Assembly: GCA_963728565.1 (NCBI GenBank)
Contig: CAVSLC010000010.1
Coordinates: forward strand, 96,001-160,000
Source: an uncultured delta proteobacterium
GTDB lineage: Bacteria > Desulfobacterota > Binatia > UBA9968
Length of the DNA stretch: 64,000 nucleotides
Direction of reading: 5' to 3'
Shown here piece after piece: positions 52,858 through 62,134 of this stretch. A model generated the notes under the pieces. The model had not been told where the DNA came from. It did no database searches and worked only from the letters and a program-made list of their open reading frames with translations. The position numbers and the translations under genes were made by a program. Each line of letters begins with the position of its first letter. Within the stretch, counting starts at the first letter, position 1.

Positions 52858-53532
52858 TTACTGAATGAATTTCTTACCTATCCGATAAAACAGCAGGTAA
52901 AAGGACAGCATCGCGTAGTTATAGAAGAAATCCTCCAGCGGAATAGTCCCGATACGCAATCCCCAAATCGCCTTGCTGTTGTACTCAACCACAGGAAGCG
53001 CCGTCAGCACCGTATTGATGATTAGGAAGGGCACATAACAGATCGCCAACCAGATCCAATACTGTTTGCTTTCGAGGAGCGGCCGATCGAGCAAGAGTGC
53101 GATCATGAGAAAAAAACCGCAGGAGGCCAATGCCTTGGTGGTGTAGCCTTGCGGATAGAAGGCGAGGCTCGACGCAAGTAGAGCGAGCATCATCGCGATG
53201 ATTACACTCGCCGGCAGTCTGAATTTGCTGCTTTTCGTTGCATACAGCACAACCTCATAGATGAATAAGCAGCTATACGGAACAGTGATAAAAAACAGAA
53301 CTTCTTCGAGAGGAATGTTGAGAATCTGCACGCCGGTCAAGTATTTGGCGTTGAAGCTCCACTCGCCGCGTGCGGTAACCAGTATATCCCACAGCAAATA
53401 GCAGGTGCTCACCACGGCGATCGAAAAACCCAACGCCGCCAACCGACGATAATAGGCGGTACGCTTGTCCGGTGTGTACCATGCAGGTACGGCGATGATG
53501 CAGAGATTTAACACCAAATAGGTTAGTGACAT
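52858..53532 (-). CDS. Lycopene cyclase domain protein (fused CrtYc/CrtYd type)
   Basis: Hydrophobic, with two repeats of the cyclase motif (IPLEEVLFF and IPLEDFFY). Confidence 0.85.
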   Translation of the reverse strand: MSLTYLVLNLCIIAVPAWYTPDKRTAYYRRLAALGFSIAVVSTCYLLWDILVTARGEWSFNAKYLTGVQILNIPLEEVLFFITVPYSCLFIYEVVLYATKSSKFRLPASVIIAMMLALLASSLAFYPQGYTTKALASCGFFLMIALLLDRPLLESKQYWIWLAICYVPFLIINTVLTALPVVEYNSKAIWGLRIGTIPLEDFFYNYAMLSFYLLFYRIGKKFIQ

Positions 53533-53557
53533 TTAGGTTCCGAGATTAGCTGAAGCT

Positions 53558-55072
53558 CTAAGCGAAGATTCCCCGCGTCGGCACCGATCGTACCGGTTCC
53601 TCCTGGAGGCCGTGCTTGGTCAGAATGCTGTTGGCGCACATAATCCCGGACGTGTAAGCTCCTTCCATCAGCATTGCCGGAGTGCCCGTCTTTACCCAAT
53701 CGCCCGCGAGATAAAGGTTCGGTATTGCGGTTGTGAACTCCGGTCTGCTCTTGTTCAGGTTTGTATAGAATGCGGTAAAATCATGCCGGATTTGAAGATG
53801 ATCGTAGATTGTTTTGGCATCTCGAAGCTCAGGGAAATAGAAATGAAGTTCGGCCAGAAAAGCCGCCTTCACCTGCTTTTCCGACAGTGTGCCGGAGGGC
53901 AGCGCATAGCAGTGCAGCTCGTAAACGCCGCCGCCGGTACCCTGCGCCCACGCAGCCGAGCTTCCGTCGAATTGATGGTAGAAAGTAACCGAGTCGAGAA
54001 CGTCATGCTTCTCGGTAATGATAAATACCGGTAACTCGTCGGCGGTTCTTTTGTTTAGCCATATCCGGTACACGGCATAGCCGCCGGAAGCCTTCAACGA
54101 CATCAATTCCGAGTGGGTCTTTTCCGAAGCTGTCCGGATCCACGGAGAGTTTGCGCAGATGCTTTTTGTTCCGACCACATCGGATGCTAGAATCAGGTAA
54201 TCGAACGGCTCCGATTCGACGATGAACGTGTCATTGTCGAGCCGCGTTTCCTGCACACCCCGGTTTAGTTTGATCGAGACATTGTATTGATTTAGATGCC
54301 GGGTTGCCGGTTGGATTAATGCCTCTTGATAGTCGGTGTCGAAATAATCATAAAGCAGGCCATGATTGTGGCTGAGGTAGAAAAAATGAAAACTTTTCAT
54401 CAACTCGGCTGTACTCAGCTTGTCTGCCGGGGCGAAGAAAGCTCTGGCGAATGTATTAAAAATCAATTGCAGAGATTGCGGTAGACTCGCTTCCCTTGAG
54501 AACTCTGCGAAGCTGCTGGAGTCGTATTTGGCAAAAGTTTTTACTGCATCGTATTCCAGGAACTCGCCCATCCTCCAGCTTGGCGGGCTGAACAACACAT
54601 CGCGAAATTTGAAAAATTTATTTCTGCCCAAGGACAAGATATTCAGCACCGGCGTGGTCTCGACGTCCTTGAAACTAAAATGTCTTCCGTCTCTGGCCAA
54701 AACCAGGTAGTCGGCGATGGTTTTCAGATGTTCGGTTGCGCCGATCTTTTCCATGAACGAACGTAAGTTGTAGTAGTGCCGGAAAAATGCGTGAAAGCCG
54801 TGGTCGACCTTGGTAATATTGCCGTCTTGGAACGGAACATCCCAGCAGCCGACTTTGCCGCCGAGATAATGATTGCGCTCGAACAAGGTCACTTGGAATC
54901 CTCGCTCCCCGAGCAAGGATGCCGCGCCGATTCCAGCCAGCCCACCGCCCACGACAGCAACTTTTTTGGCTGACTGAACGGATTGGGGTTTAGTCGGATC
55001 GGGTTGGTTGATGACGATGCTATAACCGCTAAGTTTGCTTTTTATTTTCGACCGCAAAAAGCTTCTAAGCAT
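53558..55072 (-). CDS. crtU: Carotenoid aromatic-ring synthase (desaturase/methyltransferase, isorenieratene synthase-like)
   Basis: VVGGGLAG FAD motif, GFHAFFRHYYNLR, SAE-like STAELM..FHFF, ELHCYA, LAGDWV, LMEGA; adjacent lycopene cyclase. Confidence 0.75.
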   Translation of the reverse strand: MLRSFLRSKIKSKLSGYSIVINQPDPTKPQSVQSAKKVAVVGGGLAGIGAASLLGERGFQVTLFERNHYLGGKVGCWDVPFQDGNITKVDHGFHAFFRHYYNLRSFMEKIGATEHLKTIADYLVLARDGRHFSFKDVETTPVLNILSLGRNKFFKFRDVLFSPPSWRMGEFLEYDAVKTFAKYDSSSFAEFSREASLPQSLQLIFNTFARAFFAPADKLSTAELMKSFHFFYLSHNHGLLYDYFDTDYQEALIQPATRHLNQYNVSIKLNRGVQETRLDNDTFIVESEPFDYLILASDVVGTKSICANSPWIRTASEKTHSELMSLKASGGYAVYRIWLNKRTADELPVFIITEKHDVLDSVTFYHQFDGSSAAWAQGTGGGVYELHCYALPSGTLSEKQVKAAFLAELHFYFPELRDAKTIYDHLQIRHDFTAFYTNLNKSRPEFTTAIPNLYLAGDWVKTGTPAMLMEGAYTSGIMCANSILTKHGLQEEPVRSVPTRGIFA

Positions 55073-55107
55073 CGGTGTGAAATCCTGAGAGCGCGCCCGC
55101 CGATGTG

Positions 55108-56211
55108 CTAATTGAGCGGTTGGTCAGTTGCCTGGCGCCGAACTAGTTCCTGTACGCGGCGGATGGCGCGGTTGACTTCGAACGGCTGGCGCAGCGGCTC
55201 CTGGTCGAAGGCTGCCTGTTCGTCCTCGATCATTATGACATCCTGACGAACTAGATTCGCCAGCAATTTCTTAGCGACATTGCTAAGAGCGCGCTTCAAA
55301 AGGCGTCGAATGGCAACAGGCGCATGATTCAAGCCTTTGAACTTGGCCAGGGATGTGTAGTGAATAAGGTAGGCATGGGTTGAACGCTCGTTGACCGGGC
55401 AAATGAGACAGTAGATCTTGAAGTCCTCTCCAAGCGCCGATTTCCAGTTGGGATACTCATAGGTGACGGTTAGAGGAACCGGATGAAGCTTTCGGAGTGA
55501 CGGGATGAACAGCTGGAGAATGGAGCCGAGATCTTTTACCTCGTAGTACGTGGTGGCTTGGTAAGTTGCCGAAACCTGTTTTTCGTCTTCAACCACTTCC
55601 TTGAGCGATTCGGCGGTCCATACCTGGTACTGCGCATGCAAGCTGCCGTGGTACATGTCCATCAAATTTTCGATGAGGTAGGAAAAATGAGCTCGAGTCC
55701 TCAACGTCACAAAGCTGGAGATTTCATTGAGGTCATCCCATTCGTTCATTTCCATAGGGGCAGTCATATCAGACAACGCCGGGTTGCCCGGAAATATCCA
55801 GACGAAACCGTGTTTTTCCACTACCGGAAACGATCGAACTGCACAGTTTGGCAAAGTCGTTCTGGATCCCAGGTGCGGAATATGGACACAGCGACCGGCG
55901 CCGTTGAACTGCCAGCCATGATAGGCGCACTCGATCCTGTCGTCTTTCACCCGTCCGCGGCTTAATCTCACGAGCCGGTGCGCGCAGCGGTCTTCCAATG
56001 CGCGCATCTCGCCCTGTCGCGTTCTGAAGAGCACGACCGGCTGTTTCCAAATCTCCCGCCGCACCGGTCGTTGGTGAATCTCCGACGACATCGCGATCAT
56101 GTACCAAAGATTGCAATTGATTCCCGCTCGCCGGATCGGGCCGTTAAATTGCGCATGGGGCTCAACGTAGGTACTGATCTCTGGCTTCACGTGGTCGCGG
56201 CTCCGAAGCAT
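55108..56211 (-). CDS. Rieske non-heme iron oxygenase alpha subunit
   Basis: Rieske motif CAH...CAYH; mononuclear Fe motif ENLMDMYHGSLH and C-terminal QD. Confidence 0.9.
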   Translation of the reverse strand: MLRSRDHVKPEISTYVEPHAQFNGPIRRAGINCNLWYMIAMSSEIHQRPVRREIWKQPVVLFRTRQGEMRALEDRCAHRLVRLSRGRVKDDRIECAYHGWQFNGAGRCVHIPHLGSRTTLPNCAVRSFPVVEKHGFVWIFPGNPALSDMTAPMEMNEWDDLNEISSFVTLRTRAHFSYLIENLMDMYHGSLHAQYQVWTAESLKEVVEDEKQVSATYQATTYYEVKDLGSILQLFIPSLRKLHPVPLTVTYEYPNWKSALGEDFKIYCLICPVNERSTHAYLIHYTSLAKFKGLNHAPVAIRRLLKRALSNVAKKLLANLVRQDVIMIEDEQAAFDQEPLRQPFEVNRAIRRVQELVRRQATDQPLN

Positions 56212-56269
56212 GAAAGATAGACAGAATTGCTCTCCCGCACAAGTAACCGAGCCGAAGCGAAAATGAGAG

Positions 56270-57562
56270 TTACTTTGCCGGCGCTCTTAGGAAGAGGCTT
56301 AGGAACGCCGAGGCGAACAGCATGGCGATGAAGATGCTGAAGGAGAGGGAATAGCTCTGCGTGGCGTCGAACAGCAGACCGAAGAACGGCGGACCGCCGG
56401 CGGAAAATGCGCTGGTGATCAAAGAGCCCATGCCGCGGATTCGGCCCAGCGAGATGCGCCCGAAGTAATTGGCCCAAATCATCTCCGCCAAGATCGAGGT
56501 TCCACCCATGCCGATGCCGTAAAGAAAAAAGCCGGCATAGAGGGAAACAACTCCGGGATCGGAAAGCGCCAACAGAATGCCGAACGCTTGAATCAAAAAC
56601 TTCGCCATGATCAGCCTGGCGACGTTTGCGCGTTCGGCAAGCACTCCCCAGACCATGGGTGTGCTGAACTGCATCACAGCAATGATGCTCATTACCAGCG
56701 CTGCCACCATAGCCGGATGGCCTTGATCGCTGACATAGGAAAAGACGTGAAGGTTAAGGCCGGTCACGCCCACGTGGGCAACTCCGAAGGTGGTGACAAT
56801 GAGCCAGAAGGCGCGGGTGCGCAGTGCTTCACCACGGCTCCAGGTCACGTCCTCTGCCGGGCGCCGTCGCGATTTCAACTTGTTTGATTGCTCGGCGGGC
56901 ACGCTGTCGCTTTCACCGGTGGATCTGCCATCCGGCAAAAGACCCATGTCTTCCGGGCGCCGCCGCATGAGCAGTAACGAAGGAGCGACCACCAGCGCGA
57001 GCGTTATCACGCCGAAGACGACCCATGCGCCGCGCCAGCCGACGTAGAGGATGAGCGAGGCCGCCAGCAACGGCATACAGACTTTGGCTAAGCCGTGCCC
57101 CATGCCGGCAAGGGCGAGAGCGCGGCCGCGCATGCGCACGAACCATTGGGAGATTGAAACATTCACGACCATGGAGCCCATGAGCGTGTCGCCCGGACTG
57201 ATAAGGATCCAGCGAACGATTGCAAACTGCCAAAAATCCCGCGCCTGACCCAGCAGTAAAAAGCCCGCTCCCGACACCAACCCGCCCGCGGCTATAAGCC
57301 ACCTTCCGCCATGCCGATCCAATAGAGAACCGACCAACGGCGCTGCCACCGCGCCAATGAGTATTTCTCCGGATCGGATCAGGGAGAACACGCCCCGGGA
57401 AATCCCTAGGTCCTGCGACAGTGGCTTAAGAAAAACGCTCAGGGTGCTCGATATCGAAAACGCGGATGCGATGTGCGCGAGGAAGCCGACGGCGACAATC
57501 ACCCAGCCATAAAAGATTTTTGCCTCGTTAGGTGCGAGCTTCGCGAGCTTGGACAGTGGCAC
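56270..57562 (-). CDS. MFS transporter (OFA/MCT-like)
   Basis: FYGWVIV N-terminus, GSLLDRHGGR motif A, WFVRMRGRA, about 12 TM. Confidence 0.9.
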   Translation of the reverse strand: MPLSKLAKLAPNEAKIFYGWVIVAVGFLAHIASAFSISSTLSVFLKPLSQDLGISRGVFSLIRSGEILIGAVAAPLVGSLLDRHGGRWLIAAGGLVSGAGFLLLGQARDFWQFAIVRWILISPGDTLMGSMVVNVSISQWFVRMRGRALALAGMGHGLAKVCMPLLAASLILYVGWRGAWVVFGVITLALVVAPSLLLMRRRPEDMGLLPDGRSTGESDSVPAEQSNKLKSRRRPAEDVTWSRGEALRTRAFWLIVTTFGVAHVGVTGLNLHVFSYVSDQGHPAMVAALVMSIIAVMQFSTPMVWGVLAERANVARLIMAKFLIQAFGILLALSDPGVVSLYAGFFLYGIGMGGTSILAEMIWANYFGRISLGRIRGMGSLITSAFSAGGPPFFGLLFDATQSYSLSFSIFIAMLFASAFLSLFLRAPAK

Positions 57563-57739
57563 CCCCTGCTTGTATCAAGGTTCGCAGCGAAACTCCAAAG
57601 AACCGGCTTGTTAGACATGGGGCACCAGGAAAGCAGAAGACAAATTGTTGTTAATGAAAATACCCTTCGCGCTATTCGACTGATCGAGGGCCAGGGTTTG
57701 CCGGCCGATGGTCGGGCGTCCAGGTGAGCTGAAATATAC

Positions 57740-57777
57740 TGCACTTAAATAACTATAATATGTATTGTCTTATAGTT
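57740..57777. promoter_or_regulatory. AT-rich operator-like inverted repeat
   Basis: AACTATAA-N11-TTATAGTT (57751-57777) preceded by TGCAC; contains TATAAT. Confidence 0.55.
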
Positions 57778-57859
57778 CGCTTTTGCTAGAATGAAACTAT
57801 CAGCAAATGGAGGTGAATAGTGTTCAACGACAAAGTGACTGAGAAAGGATGTGGTAAAA

Positions 57860-58537
57860 ATGGATCCGGAATTTCAGGATTTGCTCAAGCGGGTCCTGGC
57901 GATTCAGGCCGATTGCGAGATCGGTGGGCCGCACCTGTATGTGAAAGATATTCTACCGAACGCGCCGACCAAGGCGGATCAAATCATGGTGGCGAAAACG
58001 GCTGCTGAGGAAATGGATCACTTTCGGAAGATTGCCAGGTTGGCGGGTGATATTGGGCACGACGTGTCGTATGTGCTCAGCTGGCCGAATCAGAAACGCT
58101 ATGTGGAAGCGTTTCGCGGGAAGATCAACACCTGGGAGGATTTCGCCATATTCGGCTATCTCATCGATCGCGTCGGCCGTTACCAGCTCGAGGAATTCGT
58201 TGGCTGCAGTTATCAACCGTTGGCCCAGATTCTGCCTCACATTATAAAAGAGGAGATCGGCCATGTAGGTTACGGAGGAAGTAAGGCGGCAGAACTGGCG
58301 GCCAAGGGGGATGAGAGCAGGGAGCGATTGCAAAAAGCCGTCGACTTCTGGTACCCCAAAGCGCTGGATATGTTTGGCCGCTCCGACTCGAAGCGTTCCG
58401 AGCGGTACCGGTATTGGGGACTCAAGCGCCGCAGTAACGAGCAGGCGCGCAACGAGTACATCAAAGAAGTGAATCCATTAATCGTAAAGCTGGGACTCCA
58501 GATACCTGGTGTGGAGAAAAACCGATTGCATCGATAA
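57860..58537 (+). CDS. PaaA/PaaC-family ferritin-like diiron protein
   Basis: QADCEIGG, EEMDH, LIDRVG, SYQPLA, EEIGH, WYPKALDMFG, GLKRRSNE resemble aryl-CoA epoxidase PaaA. Confidence 0.8.
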   Translation: MDPEFQDLLKRVLAIQADCEIGGPHLYVKDILPNAPTKADQIMVAKTAAEEMDHFRKIARLAGDIGHDVSYVLSWPNQKRYVEAFRGKINTWEDFAIFGYLIDRVGRYQLEEFVGCSYQPLAQILPHIIKEEIGHVGYGGSKAAELAAKGDESRERLQKAVDFWYPKALDMFGRSDSKRSERYRYWGLKRRSNEQARNEYIKEVNPLIVKLGLQIPGVEKNRLHR

Positions 58538-58590
58538 AAGCGAAACAGAGCGCCGGCGAATCAAATACCGCGGATCCTAGTCGGCCTTAC

Positions 58591-59454
58591 TTGGCAAAGC
58601 TCGGCCAGGAGGTCCGCAGGTTGCGCCAACTACGCGGTATAACTCTCAAACGGGTGGCGCAGCTCTCCGGGCTGAGCGATCGCTTCCTTATCGAAGTGGA
58701 GAAAGGCAAGGCCAATCCGTCTTTAGCAAGCGTGATTAACCTAGCCGATGCCCTGCAGACTTCGCTGACGGATCTTCTGCCCAGTGATAATCAAACCAAC
58801 AGGGACGATTCAAGCACGTCCGTGAGGCAGGTTTTGGCTCTTTTGAAAAACCGGCCGGATGAGCAAATCTCTCGAATCCTGAGCTGTTTGTCATCCTATT
58901 TGGACGGCTCGGAGGGCCTGCACATCTCACTTGTCGGAATGCGCGGCGCCGGGAAAACTACTGTCGGCAATATCCTGGCCCGGCGCCTAAAAGCGCCGTT
59001 TTACGAACTGGATGCGCTGATCGTTAAAGACACAGGACTTTCGCTCCGCGAGATTTTCGATTTGGAAGGGGAAAATTATTACCGGGCGGTCGAGGAAAGG
59101 ATCCTCGAGCGAGTACTGAAAAAAACTCCAGGAGTGATCGCGGCCGGCGGCGGGCTGGTGATGAATCCAAACAGCTTGCTTCGTCTGAAGCTGCATACTT
59201 TTGTGGTCTGGCTTCAGGCCGCGCCCGAGACGTTGATCGATCGCGTTCAGACCGGAAAAGACAAACGGCGCCTGAGCGCTCATCCCGATGTCCGCAAGCA
59301 GCTGCAGGCAATTCTGGATCGCAGAACGCCTCGCTACGCTCAAGCCGATTTGGTGGTGAATACTACTGACAAGTCAGCGGAGGCAATCAGCAAGACCATT
59401 CTCAACGCGTTTAGAAGCGCGGCAAGTTCCAAAGCAACTCAATCAACGAAATAA
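58591..59454 (+). CDS. BzdR/BoxR-type transcriptional regulator (XRE HTH + shikimate-kinase-like domain)
   Basis: LGQEVRRLR..SGLSDRFLIEVEKGKANPS HTH; LVGMRGAGKTT P-loop; YYRAVE, AAGGGLV. Confidence 0.85.
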   Translation: MAKLGQEVRRLRQLRGITLKRVAQLSGLSDRFLIEVEKGKANPSLASVINLADALQTSLTDLLPSDNQTNRDDSSTSVRQVLALLKNRPDEQISRILSCLSSYLDGSEGLHISLVGMRGAGKTTVGNILARRLKAPFYELDALIVKDTGLSLREIFDLEGENYYRAVEERILERVLKKTPGVIAAGGGLVMNPNSLLRLKLHTFVVWLQAAPETLIDRVQTGKDKRRLSAHPDVRKQLQAILDRRTPRYAQADLVVNTTDKSAEAISKTILNAFRSAASSKATQSTK

Positions 59455-59602
59455 GATTCGCGGCAAATACGCTCTCTCACAGCGGCCCGCAGCTATACAC
59501 TTGATTAAATCGGTTAGCCAACCCATGGGGTCAGCGATGTTATCGGTTTGAGCGAAGACTTCGCCCCTTTTCTTGCAAGTCGTTTTCCGCTAACCCTGGC
59601 CA

Positions 59603-60273
59603 ATGGCAGAAAAATTCAGCGCGGTATTAAGACATCGCAGCCAGCGAATCTGGCAGCGATTGAGCGTCATCCGTTTCTGCGTGAATTGCACGCCGGGACC
59701 TTGCCGATGGATCGGTTCACCTATTTTATCCTTCAGGATTACGTTTACCTGCTCGACTTCGCTCAAGTTCTTTGCCAGGGCGCGGCCAAGTCGCCCGACC
59801 TCGAGACGCTCGAGTTGTTTGCCCGCCATGCATTGGGGGCGGTCGAAGTTGAGCGCAGTTTTCACGCGAGTTTCGGAAAAACGCTGGGCCTATCGCGCGA
59901 ACAGCTGGACAGGGTGCGGAAGGGGCCAATCACGCAAGCGTATATCGGTCATCTACAATCGATCGCGCGTAGCGGCAGTCTCAGCGAAGTCGTCGCGGCT
60001 GTTCTTCCTTGCTACTGGATCTATGGGGAAGCCGGCCGGCGCCTGCAAAAGGGAGCGCCAAGCAAGCCAAAGATTTACCGGGAGTGGATCGAAACCTATG
60101 CTTCGGAAGATTTTTGGACGCCCGTACGGGAGCAAATTCAATTGATGGACGCACTGGGCGGCGCGGCAAAACCCGGAGAAAAAAAACTTCTCGCGAATCA
60201 TTTCATCCTCAGCAGTCGATATGAGTTTATGTTCTGGGAGCAGGCGTATCGATTGGAGCAGTGGCCGATCTAG
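59603..60273 (+). CDS. tenA: Thiaminase II / TenA family protein (frameshift near 59656)
   Basis: MAEKFSAVLRHRSQRIWQ joins AIERHPFLRELHAGTL with a 1-base insertion; QDYVYL, LPCYWIY catalytic Cys, EWIETY, YEFMFW. Confidence 0.85.
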
Positions 60274-60400
60274 CAGACTGCTGAAAAAGCCTCATAAGCT
60301 TCGTTGCGCTTCAATCGCCTCGCGTCAACGTGCTGAGCGAGTACTCCTCCGCTCGTCGATTTGTCGCGCGCCTCGCTTCTGAGCCTTTCTGAGCAGCCTG
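60274..60400. mobile_element. MITE-like non-autonomous element
   Basis: Imperfect terminal inverted repeats CAGACTGCTGAAAAAGCCTCA / TGAGCCTTTCTGAGCAGCCTG; starts right after the tenA TAG; no ORF. Confidence 0.6.
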
Positions 60401-60413
60401 TTACGCATTCTTG

Positions 60414-60806
60414 TTAATGACGTTGGGACGTTGACTGTTCGCCAATGGAGGCTTTCCGATAGCGCGCAGCGGCCATGTGGCCCGTCCCGATTGTCAGGAG
60501 CCCGAGTGCCAAGTGGATTACTTGAATGATCCAGTGAAACTCACCGGGTAATAGTGATGACTGCATCATGCCGAAGACGATCATGACCGCCCCAACGATC
60601 AACGCGCCGGCTGCGATAACCCAACTGCCGCGCGGAGCAAAGGCCTGCGCGACTCCAACTATCCAGAGCGCACCCACGGCCAAGAAGCCGAGCAGCATGT
60701 GCAAAGCCATCAGATTCAAAGCGGTCCCGGTCCAGAACAGCACCCCGGTAATCAGAGCGAGCACCCCCGCCAATGTCAGAACGGCCGATGCGATGCGAAT
60801 CATCAT
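60414..60806 (-). CDS. Hypothetical four-TM membrane protein
   Basis: Four hydrophobic helices with His in TM2 and TM4 (LHMLLG, IHLALG). Confidence 0.7.
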   Translation of the reverse strand: MMIRIASAVLTLAGVLALITGVLFWTGTALNLMALHMLLGFLAVGALWIVGVAQAFAPRGSWVIAAGALIVGAVMIVFGMMQSSLLPGEFHWIIQVIHLALGLLTIGTGHMAAARYRKASIGEQSTSQRH

Positions 60807-61073
60807 GCTAAGACTTTTTCCTTTCGGCCCGTACTCAGATAACAATGTTTGTACGACATGAGGCGTCAATGCTCAAGAACGGGAACGCAATACTGAGTAG
60901 CTTCATTCTTCTGTCTCAGAAGTTTGAATCCTATAGTGCAGCCGGTGACTACCCAGCTAGCGGATTTCTGGCAACATGTGTGCCGCAGCGTCTGCGAGGA
61001 TCTAAAACTCGAGAAGCCCCGTTTAGCGGGGCTTCTCATGTGGGTCGGCGCTCGATCCAGGATCTTTTTACTG

Positions 61074-61769
61074 CTAATCGTTTCTGCCGCGATTGTCCCT
61101 TATCTGTCCGCGGATTTCCCCGGCGCCGAATTTTTCAGAGTGAACGTTGGCGTAAGCCGCTCCATTGCGGATGGCGCGAACGAGCTCGTCAAAGTCGCCG
61201 GCCGCAAATCCCTGCGCATCTTGGGCAAGGACGTGCGCAGGAGTAATGGTTCCGGTCACGATCCCTTCTGAGGGGCATGATGGCGTTAAGGAACGCACAG
61301 CTTCCGGGGCCTGGGTTCCGGCGGTTTGGCACAGCCAGACTATGATGCCGCCAACCGTATGGCGCTGGCCGAAATGGATGTGCGCCTGAGTCACCGGCGC
61401 TACGAGCCCCTCGTAGCTGAGCTCGTACTCAATCATGTCCGCAGGGTTATCGAGGATTGCGGTGAACCGCCCCTTGGCGGGTGTTGAAATTGCACCGCGC
61501 AGGGCAGGTGCTACCAACGGTGGTCCTGCTTGTCCGGCAACAAAAATAACCTCGTTGAAGCCGGAAAGCCTGGCTGAAAAAATTGGTTGTTTTTTTAGCG
61601 CGTCGTTCTCAGAGTAATTGCCTGTTGGCTTGTTTGAAGACATGATTTGGGCCGCCGCTATTCCAGCAAACATTACGACGGCCGCCATGATCATCGGTAT
61701 TGTTCTCACACGGCTGAAGGAGTCGCGAGTTGCGCCGAAAAAGACTTCTCTGAAGCTTCTTAACGTCAT
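61074..61769 (-). CDS. CHRD domain-containing secreted protein
   Basis: ARLSGFNEV, TQAHIHFG, AYANVHS..F..GEIRGQ; start uncertain. Confidence 0.88.
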   Translation of the reverse strand: MTLRSFREVFFGATRDSFSRVRTIPMIMAAVVMFAGIAAAQIMSSNKPTGNYSENDALKKQPIFSARLSGFNEVIFVAGQAGPPLVAPALRGAISTPAKGRFTAILDNPADMIEYELSYEGLVAPVTQAHIHFGQRHTVGGIIVWLCQTAGTQAPEAVRSLTPSCPSEGIVTGTITPAHVLAQDAQGFAAGDFDELVRAIRNGAAYANVHSEKFGAGEIRGQIRDNRGRND

Positions 61770-62134
61770 CGTTCTTATAATTTATTTATGTTTTTAAGAA
61801 TTTGAGTGTTGTTCCCTCCTCAGGATTGTTACGAGAGCTTTAGGTCGCTCTCACCTATGGTTTTGCCCAACCCGAGCGACGGCCCCTTTCTCCGGAAATA
61901 ACCACTAACCTTTAACCTTCCCACTTAACCCTCGTCAATCCTCCCTGAGAAGTATTTGGAAGTATTTGGCTTGGTAAGAAGTTTTTGGAGACATTTTCGT
62001 TGATGCCATTAACTTCACCGACCACGGATTTAAACCCAGGAGTCTTGTATGCGTTCGGTTCGTTATGATCATCAATTCTGGGTTTGCCTTTTCAAATGTC
62101 TGGCATTGATATAAGCAACCAGCAGGAGGACGCT

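Noticed and set aside
62101-62117. TGGCATTGATATAAGC upstream of the cyclodeaminase-family gene as a sigma54 promoter
   Set aside because: Spacing is GG-N11-GC and TTGC is absent
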